Shown: positions 9,629-19,158 of the stretch, one piece after another
Layout: each line of letters opens with the position of its first letter
Position numbering within the stretch: the first letter of the stretch is position 1
From: a virus
Lineage: Duplodnaviria > Caudoviricetes
Length of the DNA stretch: 64,000 nt
IMG/VR virus record: IMGVR_UViG_3300015608_003951
Location: 32,001 to 96,000 of that record
Strand: one strand, 5' to 3'
Made by a program: the position numbers and the translations under genes
Notes under the pieces: generated by a model
Seen by the model: the letters and a program-made list of their open reading frames with translations, nothing else
Told to the model about the DNA's origin: nothing
Database searches by the model: none

Positions 9629-10237
9629 ACCCTGCGCCTCAGGCAGGGCCAGCTGCCGCTTGAGTTGCCGGTTGAAGAAGAGCAGCCGCTGGTTGCTCAC
9701 CTCGTGCCCCTTGTCGCAGGAGCCTGACGCGTAGCTGCTCAGCCGGTACGCAAAGGCCTGGCCAGAGCAAGCCGTGAAGCTCCTCCTGAGCATACGCAGG
9801 CCGGCGCGGAAGCACTTCTTCCGGTCTGCCACCAGGTCTCGCCCGCGCCAGCTGCCTACCGTGGGGTCTGCGTCTGGCACCTTGCCTTCGCCGAGGTGGA
9901 TCTGCATGAGGCACCAGGACTGCCCCCCATCACCTCGGGACAGCCGCCCTATCCCCCGATCGATATCCCGTCGGAACCCGCTTTCAAAGTACGCCACACT
10001 CAGCATCAGGAGCGCGGTCCACGCCCTGCCCTTCTCTTCATCCTTCAGCTTGAACACGGGGTCTTCCTCGGGCATGAACGCCACCTCCACGGCGTCCTCC
10101 GCGATGGACAGATACCTGGCCTGCGCCTGCTCCTTGGACTCCCGGGCTTCGAGGAGGAGACTCTCGCTCCTTCGCTCAGGGGGGTACCATAGGGTGAGCA
10201 GCGTGTAGAGCCAGAACGTAACGATAGCTTTCATCAT
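9599..10237 (-). CDS. secreted lytic transglycosylase-like protein
   Basis: N-terminal hydrophobic anchor. AYFESGF (catalytic Glu) ... CLMQI ... SYASG match SLT-like motifs. Confidence 0.7.
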   Translation of the reverse strand: MMKAIVTFWLYTLLTLWYPPERRSESLLLEARESKEQAQARYLSIAEDAVEVAFMPEEDPVFKLKDEEKGRAWTALLMLSVAYFESGFRRDIDRGIGRLSRGDGGQSWCLMQIHLGEGKVPDADPTVGSWRGRDLVADRKKCFRAGLRMLRRSFTACSGQAFAYRLSSYASGSCDKGHEVSNQRLLFFNRQLKRQLALPEAQGSGLGVRSAP

Positions 10238-10299
10238 GTACCTTATGCTGTGGGTTTCTCAAGGAAGAGTTTGTCTCTAAGCCAAGCCAGGCCCCTCGT

Positions 10300-10746
10300 C
10301 TAGCTGAGTCGGGCGTATAGCTCTTCGGCCCTCGTCTTGGGGTCGTCCTCGGAGATGACCCCGCGATAGACGCAGAAGACACTGCCGGCGCAGTCCCCCC
10401 ACGCCGGCCCGAAGGAGGCGTACCCCGCGATGACCGGCTGCTTGAGCTCCGCCATGATGGTTATCAGGGCGAGACACGCCATACCGACGCGCTCCGTGCC
10501 TTCGCTCGCGTCGACAGCGGTCAAGTAGAGACCTCCGTCGGTACCCGAGTTAAACCCGTAGTTCAGCTCCCAGCGGAGGTTGTTCTGCGTAATCTCGGCG
10601 ACGAGCTGGTGGAACCGGTCCGTGTCCCGGTCCTGGATCGTGAGAGAAGGCATCTCCTTGCCTACGATCACATGATCGAGCCAGAGGATGATCTTTGAAG
10701 CGACGTTGTCGTCCATGTCGAGCACCCACCTGAAAGTAATGCTCAT
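10300..10746 (-). CDS. hypothetical protein
   Basis: ATG 10746 follows AAGGAGG. Confidence 0.7.
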   Translation of the reverse strand: MSITFRWVLDMDDNVASKIILWLDHVIVGKEMPSLTIQDRDTDRFHQLVAEITQNNLRWELNYGFNSGTDGGLYLTAVDASEGTERVGMACLALITIMAELKQPVIAGYASFGPAWGDCAGSVFCVYRGVISEDDPKTRAEELYARLS

Positions 10747-10819
10747 GCTGTACCTCCTTACCTTTTCGTTATTACGCCTTTGGGTGCTAAACGAACCCCT
10801 CCTCCCGGCGTACGCCCGT

Positions 10820-11308
10820 TCAGGGCACGAGAGGGAAGGGCTCCAGGCACTCAATGTGCCCCAAAGCCTCCCTGGCGGTGTCCATCGCGAGGTCCATCTC
10901 CTTGTGGAAGTCGGGGTCAGGGTTGAGGGCGTCCTCAACGTCCACAAAGAGGCCGCGGATGGGCCCGAGAACAGACCCGAGCAGCTCGACGGTCGACTCG
11001 TCTAGCTCGTTAAGGATCCGGAGCACAGCCCAGATCCGGTCCTCGTCGGTCTTATCCTCCGCAGCGCTAGAAGGCTTAGCGTAAGGATCAATCAAGGTGA
11101 GGATGTCCGCCGGGGGCACCCTGTCGATCTCGTCGATCTGCCACAGGATAGCCCCCAAGTCAGCCGTGGTCGTCTTCTCCACCCAGCGGATGGTGCTGGA
11201 GAAGAGGACACGGTTCCACCGGGTGACGGTCTCACGTACACGCTCGTCAGTGACGAGCGTGGTTTCATCCCCGGCGTGCCACCTCAAACGAATGGTCCGA
11301 TCGTTCAT
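10820..11308 (-). CDS. hypothetical acidic protein
   Basis: AGGAGG SD and a 162 aa ORF. Confidence 0.7.
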   Translation of the reverse strand: MNDRTIRLRWHAGDETTLVTDERVRETVTRWNRVLFSSTIRWVEKTTTADLGAILWQIDEIDRVPPADILTLIDPYAKPSSAAEDKTDEDRIWAVLRILNELDESTVELLGSVLGPIRGLFVDVEDALNPDPDFHKEMDLAMDTAREALGHIECLEPFPLVP

Positions 11309-11796
11309 GCTGTAGGTCTCCTCCTACAGGACCTTTATGGCTAAAAATGCTTATTTTTTGCGGGGCTAGAAAAGAGGGTGGCTGCTCTTTAAAGTGCGAA
11401 CACTTCAGCAGCAGCCACCCCGTCTTCATACTCGCCCTCAGGTGTTCAACAGACACATGTCCGCTGCACCTTATAGGCTGGTCTCCTCACCCCTCGCCGG
11501 GTGAAGCCTCCGTACCGCTTTCAGCGCGATACGGCCTGAAACCTTCTGCTCGTGCACGCTTTACCTTCGCGTGCAGGCAGTTGCCTACCTCTGGCGGACG
11601 TTTGGCCGTCCCACAGCAGAGGTAGTAGGTTCCCCACACTTCTATTATTCCAGTATTTTGCCACCCCTTGCTTGACACCCCCCAGGCCTGTGTTACACAT
11701 CCCCCTGTCACTTCGTGCTCCCGTAGACCCCTACACGCAACCAACTCCACGTTAAACGGAAAAACCCAGGGTTTACAACTCGTGCGAACTGACTAC

Positions 11797-11871
11797 CGCG
11801 GGGTAGAGCAGTGGTAGCTCGCTAGCCTCATAAGCTAGAGGACGGAGGTTCAAATCCTCCCGCCGCGCCCA
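11797..11871 (+). tRNA. tRNA with CAT anticodon (Met, or possibly Ile2)
   Basis: Full cloverleaf: D stem GAGC/GCTC, anticodon arm CTAGC-CTCATAA-GCTAG, T arm GGAGG-TTCAAAT-CCTCC, encoded CCA. Confidence 0.9.
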
Positions 11872-11874
11872 GAG

Positions 11875-11915
11875 TAGGCCGGATTCTCGTAAGAGGGTTC
11901 GGCCTAGCTCGTTTT
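11875..11915 (+). terminator. terminator hairpin after the tRNA
   Basis: TAGGCCGGATTCTC-GTAA-GAGGGTTCGGCCTA followed by a T run. Confidence 0.6.
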
Positions 11916-11955
11916 GAGGGTGGCTAACGTTGGGCTCAGGGCCGATACTGGGGGC

Positions 11956-13071
11956 ATGAGTTCCAAGAAGAGGCGGCAGGCAGAGATGGCCGCGAAAGAC
12001 GTGACGCCCGAAGAGCCCTCTGTCGCAGAGGCCGCTGACCCTGTCGAGGAGACCGACCCCTCTCCTGCTGCCGAAACTCGGCTCCTACCGGATGGTGTGG
12101 AGGTGCCGGTGATCACCGCGGAAATCACGGCCCCTCCCCAAGAGGAGGTGCTGGCCCCGGCCCCCATGATCGAGCCTGCGGGGGAAGATGTAACCGAGTT
12201 CCAGCCTAAGGAGGCCGTGACCCTGAACGAGTCCCCTCCAAGGTACGTCGACCCCGACGTACCGGAGAGCTTTACGCTGCGGGATAGCCTCCGGGAGGGG
12301 TGGCGCGACAGGGACTTCCTGTTCAGCCCCTCGGGCACGCTCGGGCCCCGGGAAAAGCTCCACACCTTCGATCTGGCCAGGGATCTCATCATCGCCCTTG
12401 CTGAGCGGGCAGGGGCCATCAAGAAGGTGGGGGAGGCGTCGAACGGTAGCTTCTTCTGGACCGTGAAGGACGAGCTCCACACCTTGATCGCCATGGTGGA
12501 CCACACCCTGTGGTCCAAGGCTTCGCGCCTGTGTTGCGTGCTCAAGAATGAGTCCGATGACCCGAGCAACCCTGCGCTAGCTGCCTTTATCGTGAACCCC
12601 GACACGTACGAGATCCCGGGTCATCTTCGGGTGTACCCCTCCTTTACCCCGGCGGACCTGAAGGTCTACGGTGACATCCCGGCCTACGTGGCCCTGTACA
12701 ACATCCATCGGGGGGCCTGGGAGGAGGCTATGCGCAGGTTTGAGATATCCGTAGACAGCAAGCCCAGCACGCACCGTATCCGCGGCACGGAGGGTAAGAA
12801 GATCGACAACCCCTTCATCCCGGGAACCTCCCTCCATACTGCCACCCTTGCGATGTTCAAGGCAGAGCGTGCAGAGTGCCCCCACTCGATCACGGATGCT
12901 CACAGCATCTCCTTTGGGGGGACCGTCCTGCCTCGGTTCCTGTTCGATGCAACCACCCCTCCCCCGAAGGAGTTCATCATCATGAAGAGGCACGACATCA
13001 TCCAGATCTTCGGAGACGGCCACCGGATCTTCTCTTGCTCGGAGAAGATGCTTCTGGCCTATGGGGGCTAA
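11956..13071 (+). CDS. hypothetical protein with acidic, Pro-rich disordered N-terminus
   Basis: Long ORF. ATG 11956 lies 6 nt after GATACT. Confidence 0.7.
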   Translation: MSSKKRRQAEMAAKDVTPEEPSVAEAADPVEETDPSPAAETRLLPDGVEVPVITAEITAPPQEEVLAPAPMIEPAGEDVTEFQPKEAVTLNESPPRYVDPDVPESFTLRDSLREGWRDRDFLFSPSGTLGPREKLHTFDLARDLIIALAERAGAIKKVGEASNGSFFWTVKDELHTLIAMVDHTLWSKASRLCCVLKNESDDPSNPALAAFIVNPDTYEIPGHLRVYPSFTPADLKVYGDIPAYVALYNIHRGAWEEAMRRFEISVDSKPSTHRIRGTEGKKIDNPFIPGTSLHTATLAMFKAERAECPHSITDAHSISFGGTVLPRFLFDATTPPPKEFIIMKRHDIIQIFGDGHRIFSCSEKMLLAYGG

Positions 13072-13175
13072 AGAACACATGGCTCGCCCCGGAAGGAGGA
13101 GGGTGGGCTGCACGTGTTCCCGATCGGACCAACCTCGCGCGGAGACTCCGCGAGGTTGGTCCGATCTGTTTAGGC

Positions 13176-13595
13176 TTAGGGCGCCCCCGCGGGGGCACCC
13201 TTCACGAGGCGGGCGATGTAGCGCCCCGCCTCGACCACCACGACGACACTGACGGTGACGGCGGCGATTCCCGCCGCCACCGTCACTGCCGTAGCTCCGG
13301 CCCGGGCGATCTTCTCGCCCCAGCCCGCCTTTTGCCAGACCTGCGCGGGGATCTCGATCCCCACGCAGGCCCCAAGCTTCTGCTCGTCCGACAGATCCTG
13401 TCGGGCGAGGATCCCGACGACGTGGGCCCTCTCGCCCACGTCGAGGGAAGCCCACGCCCTGGGGGGCGTGGGCGGCGTCTCTTTCTTCTCTTCTTTCTTC
13501 TCTTCCTTCTTCTCTTCCTTCTTTTCTTCTTTGGCTCCCGCGTCGCTCATCTGCTCCTCCAGGGCGGCCTGGAGGATAGCTTCTAGCCATTCCAC
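13176..13595 (-). CDS. membrane-anchored protein with KEEK repeats
   Basis: Four tandem KEEK units and a C-terminal hydrophobic helix. Confidence 0.65.
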   Translation of the reverse strand: MEWLEAILQAALEEQMSDAGAKEEKKEEKKEEKKEEKKETPPTPPRAWASLDVGERAHVVGILARQDLSDEQKLGACVGIEIPAQVWQKAGWGEKIARAGATAVTVAAGIAAVTVSVVVVVEAGRYIARLVKGAPAGAP

Positions 13596-13901
13596 TCAGG
13601 CCTCCATCAGGCGGCCTACCCCTCGCAGGTAGGCCGCCACGTTTTCCGAAATGAATGGCGCGCCAGGGACCTCCCCTGACGCGTCGGACTCTACGCCCAT
13701 CACCTTGTTCTCGTGATGGGCGTAGACCGCCGCCGCAGCTGCTAGCTGCGACGGGTGAAGCCTGAGTTCACCCCCGAGTAGGGTGCCCCAGGCTTCAGGG
13801 TGACGCCTCTCAAGCGCCATCCCGGTCTCGACGACCAGGAGTCGCTTGGAGGCCTTCCCCCCCACCCAAAGGGTGAGGGCGGCTCCAAGGGCTCCTAGCA
13901 T
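13596..13901 (-). CDS. hypothetical protein
   Basis: AAGGAGG SD with an ATAA-type motif upstream. Confidence 0.65.
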   Translation of the reverse strand: MLGALGAALTLWVGGKASKRLLVVETGMALERRHPEAWGTLLGGELRLHPSQLAAAAAVYAHHENKVMGVESDASGEVPGAPFISENVAAYLRGVGRLMEA

Positions 13902-13922
13902 CAGAGCCTCCTTTCATATCTA

Positions 13923-13950
13923 TTATGCCCGTTTTTAGGCCGTTTTTGCC
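13923..13950 (-). promoter_or_regulatory. ATAA-type promoter motif (representative of a recurring class)
   Basis: GGCAAAAA-N16-ATAA. Related motifs occur before about 12 transcription units. Confidence 0.5.
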
Positions 13951-14071
13951 CTGTGCTTAGGGCATCTGTCCTCCCCTGGTTCGACCGGTTCCAGGCAGGG
14001 GGGACCGTCCTCGGTCTCCTCACCGCACAGCTTTTGGGTTGGCTCCGCCGGGGGAGGGGGTAGTAGGGTGC

Positions 14072-14341
14072 TAAATCGACGATACGGCAGGTCTTCGAGC
14101 ACTGGATGTTCAGCCTGTAGACCACACCTCTGTGGTCCAGATAGCTAACGATAGCGATGTCCTGGCTGAACCACCGGACATCTACAGGCTTTAGCCCGAT
14201 GTGCTGGAGGTAAACATCCAGGGCGACGGCCCTGAGGGCCGGCGCTGGCTCGGGCTCCGTCTGGCAGTCCTGGCTGAGGACCAGGAACAGGGCGCACGTG
14301 ATAACCAGAACCGCCAGCCAGAGGGGTGCGTTCTTCATCAT
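14072..14341 (-). CDS. small exported/membrane protein (ends at TTA)
   Basis: ATGA overlap with the upstream gene and an N-terminal TM. Ends ...QCSKTCRIVD-TTA, similar in size and terminal Cys pair to its neighbour. Confidence 0.6.
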
Positions 14342-14643
14342 TTGCCAGCCACAGGGATGCAGCCCTGGCCGAGCTTGCACCGAGCGAAGAGGGTCCTGGC
14401 CCACCCGTCCCGGTATTGCATGAAGGAGCAGACCCCGTGCTTGTCGCACGTGATACTGACGTTGCGCACCTCTTCGAAGCCGGGACGGTTGATCCACCGC
14501 CCGGCCTCCTCGACCATCGCCTGGTCGCGGTTGAAGTCCACGGGGGGGTTCAGGGCGTCCTCCGCAAACTTGGTTTCCATGGCGACAGTCGCACAGACGG
14601 CCACGCAAGCAAGGACCACGTAGGACCACGTAGAGTTAGTCAT
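14338..14643 (-). CDS. small exported Cys-containing protein
   Basis: Signal-like N-terminus, 4 Cys in the mature part, ATGA overlaps. Confidence 0.65.
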   Translation of the reverse strand: MTNSTWSYVVLACVAVCATVAMETKFAEDALNPPVDFNRDQAMVEEAGRWINRPGFEEVRNVSITCDKHGVCSFMQYRDGWARTLFARCKLGQGCIPVAGK

Positions 14644-15047
14644 GACAGACCTTTCACTTTCTGCCCCAGTGCTGCTTGGGGCCCCAGCGCGCCCTTCACT
14701 GCGACGTTCTGTGCAGCCTCGGACAGCTGGGATGTTTCTGTCTCCAGCATCTCCTTGAAGGAAGACACAGGGAGCTCCCCTTTGAACACCTGGAGCACAT
14801 TCCTCAGGGCGTTCGAGGTTGCCACACAGGCCTTCAGGGGGGTGGCTCCGTTAAGGATAAGGTTAACGGAAAGCACGCGCCGGGTTTGTTCGGCGAGTAT
14901 GAGCGCTGCGGTGTAGGGGTTCACACCCCCGTGGATCATGCGTTCGAACGCCAGGCCCACGGCGGCCATGGCGTCCGAGAACTCAGTGGACCCTACGGCC
15001 TCTCGGATCTTGCCCATCTCTTCACCTTCTGTGTTGTCACTGGGCAC
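14640..15047 (-). CDS. hypothetical protein
   Basis: GAGGAG SD and an ATAA motif upstream. Confidence 0.6.
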   Translation of the reverse strand: MPSDNTEGEEMGKIREAVGSTEFSDAMAAVGLAFERMIHGGVNPYTAALILAEQTRRVLSVNLILNGATPLKACVATSNALRNVLQVFKGELPVSSFKEMLETETSQLSEAAQNVAVKGALGPQAALGQKVKGLS

Positions 15048-15088
15048 GTGCGTGCTCCTCTCTTGTTATTCCAGGTTTTACGGTGTGG

Positions 15089-15100
15089 TAAGCTCAGCCC
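15089..15100 (+). promoter_or_regulatory. leaderless-type promoter, -10 TAAGCT 6 nt before the ATG (representative of a recurring class)
   Basis: Same TANNNT-N6-start geometry at 9308, 29233, 35186, 37938, 40242, 44625 and 54051. Confidence 0.7.
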
Positions 15101-18100
15101 ATGCCTCTTATGAGCTCCGAGATCGCTGGCCAGATTGGCATGTTCCAGCAACAGACTGCTGCCTTTCAGCAGCAGAGCAGCTTCCTCTCGGATGCCCTTC
15201 AGAAGAGCGTGGATCCTCAAATGGGGGCTCCTTGGCTGGCGGGCAGGGCGATGAACATGGCGGGGGCCGTAGGTGTACCTGCCATGGGACTTGGCCTAGG
15301 TCTAGCGGGACTTGATCCCATGAGCCTCGGCATGCGTGCTGCGGGCGCCTTTGGGTGGGCTCGCCCGGGCATGGCAGCCGCTGCCGGCCTGGGCACTTTC
15401 GGCCTGGCCAGTGCGGGCATGTCTGGAGCTAGCTGGGCGGCAGGCCAGGTGTGGCAGGGAGCTCAGCAGCAGCAGGCCTTTGGTCAGCAGATGCGGAGCA
15501 GCTACAACTTCCTGACCCCCTCAGGCCAGGGCTTCAACAACCAGCAGCTGGGCGTCATTGGTCAGCAGATGCGCAGCTTCTCCCAGCAGGTGGGCCCCTC
15601 GGGGGAAATGGCCAGCATGGGGGAGCTCTCTGCGCTGGCCTCGAACATGGGTCGGATGGGCATGGCGAACGGGGTTCGCGACGTCCAGGACTTCTCCAGG
15701 AAGTTCAAGGAGATGTTCGAGACGGCCAAGACGATGGCGCGGGAGATGAGCACCACGCTGGAGGGGGCTCAGCAGCAGATGAGCCAGATGCGCAACTCAG
15801 GCGTGTTCCGCACGTCAGACCAGCTCCGTATGTCGGGGGAGATGCGGGCCTACTCCCTTGGGGGCAACCTGGCCATGAGCGAGCTGTCTGGTGCCGCCAG
15901 CATAGGCTCCCAGATCAGCCGTGCTGTGGGGGGTAGGGGCCGTGCAGGCGCCTTCGGAGGCATGCGCACCCTGGGGCAGATCGGCCTATCGTTGGAGTCC
16001 GGTGTCCTCAACGAGGAAGACATCTACAACGCTACGGGCATGTGGGGGGCTGAGGGCAGGCAAGCCTTCGCCGCCAGCCAGATGCAGAACTCTGCGGCCT
16101 GGTTGAGGAACGGTAAGGGTAGGCGCTTTCTGGCCTCCATCGCGGGGGCGGACGGCAAGCTTGACGCCAACTCGGTCAGCGCCTGGATGTCCGGTGATAT
16201 GGGCACGGGCGACACCATGCAGAACGCCTACAGCAACCTGAACAAGGTTGGTCGAGCCGACTTCATCCGGAACGAGGGCCGTCTTCGTGGTGCTGCCCTC
16301 GAACAGTTCGGTGGGAACATCCCTGCCATGGCCCTGATGCAGTGGGCCGGCAAGCGGGGCATCGACGTGAACACCATGAACGACCGCGAGATGCTGTTTG
16401 CGCAGCGGCACACTGGCCTCGGCATGGATGAGCTGGAGAACGCGGTGAAGATGCTGCGGGACATGCCGCGTATCCAGGACCAGTCAAACCGTACGCAGAT
16501 GACTGATGCGTACCGCCAGGAGATGGCGACCTACCGCAAGACCTCTGGTGTGGAGGGGGTCAAGCGGAGCATGGAGCACACTCGGGAGGTGGTCACGGGC
16601 AAGCTCCAGGCAGTGGGTCAGCAGATGTACACCGATCTCACGGGGTTCATCGAGGACTGGCTCACCAAGCAGGGGGGCATGATCATCCAGGAGGCGTCCA
16701 GGGACATCGACAAGACCTACCAGCAGGTCTTGCACGGGGACAAGAAAGCCATGGCGGCGCTTGGAGCGGGAGGCCCCGGGATCTCCGCTGCTGCCAAGTC
16801 CTTGGGCGCCGTCTCCTCCTCCAACACGGGTGGGGGCATGACGTACGACACCTTCACGAAGAAGATGAGCTTCATGGGCGCGGGCTTCGGCCAGTCCATC
16901 CAGGATAAGGTGGCGGCAGGGGGCTTCGGCAGCTTCTTCACCGGCGCTGACAGCGATGCAGGTGTGCAGCGAGGCGTTGAGCGCGCGATGGCGGCCTCTC
17001 GGGGTATGAGCAACTTCGGCAACAAGGAGGCCAGCGCCCTCGGGGCCAAGCTCTCCGGCATGCTCAACGCCAACTACGCCGCGGGGACGGTCAACATGAA
17101 GGGGGACGCCCGGATGAACGCTGTTCGGGAGCTCCTGGCCAAGGAGTCCGTGGGGAACCAGGATGCCGCTGCCCTGTTCAAGATGCTGAACAGCGGAGAC
17201 ACCGAGCAGGCCTACGCTGCCCTGGCAGCCGCTGAGAAGGGGATGGGCCTTGCCGACGCCACCAAGATCGGGTCAGTGTCTCAGCTTCCCGCTGGGCTCG
17301 GGTTGATGGGCAGCAGTGGCATGACGGAGCGTGAGCGCGTCGAGAGCTACGGCAAGGCGGCCCTAGGGGAGCGAGGCAGTAGAGACTACGTGGCCAAGGG
17401 TGGCGCCATCGGAGAGATGCTGTTCGGAGGCATCGGTACCGTGATCCAGCAGAAAGTGGGCAGCCACCTGGGCAAGTACGGGAACATGGCCCTGGAAGCC
17501 AGCCCCATGGGCCTCCTGGGGAAGGTCGGTAAGGCGATCGGCATGAGCCAGGGCTATCTGGCCAACATGGCCATGGGGGCTTTGGGCTACGCGGCATCCC
17601 CTGGAGAGGGTGCGGCTATCGGCACCTTTCTGAAGTCCAAGGAAGGTATGAGCCTGAGCCAGCGCATGTTCTCGGGGGAAGATATATCCTCTGACTTGCA
17701 GCAGCGTATCAACGGCATGTCCGGTGACAACGAGAGCGTTAAACGCCAGCAAGCCATGCTGCGCAGCATGATGGCAGCCAATGCCGCCATCCGCGAACGG
17801 GGCAAGACCGGAAAGGACCTCACCGAGGACCAGATCCGGGCGATCGAGAAGGAGCATGGGGCGGGGGCCGGCACAGCTCGCGGCATGATCCAGGACGCTA
17901 GCAGGGCTCTGGTGGAGCAACAGGCCATCGACCGGCGTGAATCTCTTCGCATGTACGGGAGAGGTGCCCTTGCGCAGCAGCAGCGGATGCAGGGCGTGGG
18001 GTTCATGGACAGCAGTGGCGGCATCGATCAGGCCTCCCTGGACAGGATAAAGGCCTCTGCGGGCGCAGGCGGCGCCGATGTCCTGTCGAAGATGGCCGGA

Positions 18101-18835
18101 TTGGTGAGCCTACAGGCCAGCGGGATGTCGCCTGGCCTGACGGATAAGGAAACCGCTGCCAAGATCCAGGAGATCGGAGCCGCGGGTGGGGATCTTGAGA
18201 GTGCGATGTGGAACATGAGCATCGCTGACCAGCGGAAACTCTCCTCCGCAGCTCGTGCCGAGGGGGCCTTCGGCTTTGCCGACCAGCTAGGTCAGATGGC
18301 CGGGTTCCGCTCCAGGACGGAGCGTACCCTACAGAGGAAGGGGGACATCGGCGTAGCCAATCTGTTCGGGTTGAAGGTCGGCAAACAGGACGCTCAAGCC
18401 CTCATGAAGGGTGGCAAGATCGCCTCCTACCTGAGCGAGCAGTTTGGCCTAGGGGATGCCGCAGCAGGGATCCAGAAGGAGATCGACGAGATCACCGAGA
18501 AGGGGCCGCCCACCCCGGCTGACTCCGAGAAGCTGGACGCGCTCCAGTCTCGCCTGAAGACCGCCACCGCGGGCGATGCTGAGCTGATGGCCAAGTTCAA
18601 GGGTATCCAGGACGAGAAGGACGTCAGCAAGCGTACCAAGCTGATCAGCGATGCCCTGCGAGACCCGGAGCTCCAGAAGAAGCAGGAGGAGCGCCAGAAG
18701 AAGAACGAGATGAACGACCCCCAACTCAAGTACCTCAACGATATCGCGAGCAACATGAAGACGGCCGTGGGCCACCTCGCCACCATGGCCAGCAAGTCCA
18801 CTCCCGGTGGAGCCCCGAGGCCTGGAGGGCAGTTA
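15101..18835 (+). CDS. putative tail tape measure protein (ends at TTA)
   Basis: About 1244 aa, rich in Ala/Gly/Met/Gln and helical, upstream of tail and baseplate genes. Its only in-frame TTA lies 1 nt before the next ATG. Confidence 0.75.
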
Positions 18836-18836
18836 G

Positions 18837-19154
18837 ATGAGTAACCCGTTCGTGCCCGATGGGGCCCTGATCGACCCCTACCTCTTCGAACAAGACCCCC
18901 AGACCCAAACGCTCTACCCCGCGGACTTCGTGGCCGAGGGGTGTGGCCCGGGCAGGAGGACAAAGAGCATCTCGTTCAAAAAGAACGGGCAGCTTTACAC
19001 GCTGATCGCTTACGATAAGCGTGTGCCCGAAGACCTCGTTCTTAGCCATGTCCGAGCCACGGCCATGTCCTGGCGCAGGGAAGAGTCCTTCCGGGGCGTC
19101 CCCCCGGGCAGGGCGGATCTTGACCCCCTGATCAAGAGGAACCTGGAGATCTGA
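18837..19154 (+). CDS. hypothetical protein
   Basis: 105 aa ORF in the tail operon. Confidence 0.6.
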   Translation: MSNPFVPDGALIDPYLFEQDPQTQTLYPADFVAEGCGPGRRTKSISFKKNGQLYTLIAYDKRVPEDLVLSHVRATAMSWRREESFRGVPPGRADLDPLIKRNLEI

Positions 19155-19158
19155 CCCT

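Noticed and set aside
13478-13531. 12-bp tandem repeat as a CRISPR array or regulatory repeat
   Set aside because: It encodes KEEK units in frame and has no spacers. No CRISPR array was seen in the window.
12577-13590. Numerous long antisense or alternate-frame ORFs in the track (e.g. 12577-13590, 21470-22444, 42426-43508, 45371-46480)
   Set aside because: These are shadow ORFs expected in high-GC coding DNA. They are Arg/Gly/Pro-rich, lack motifs and overlap better-supported genes.
18824-18835. GGQ tripeptides (tape measure C-terminus, SLT-like protein, 546 aa ORF) as a release-factor motif
   Set aside because: There is no surrounding class-I release factor context. GGQ is expected by chance in Gly/Gln-rich proteins, and no release factor is recognisable in this window.
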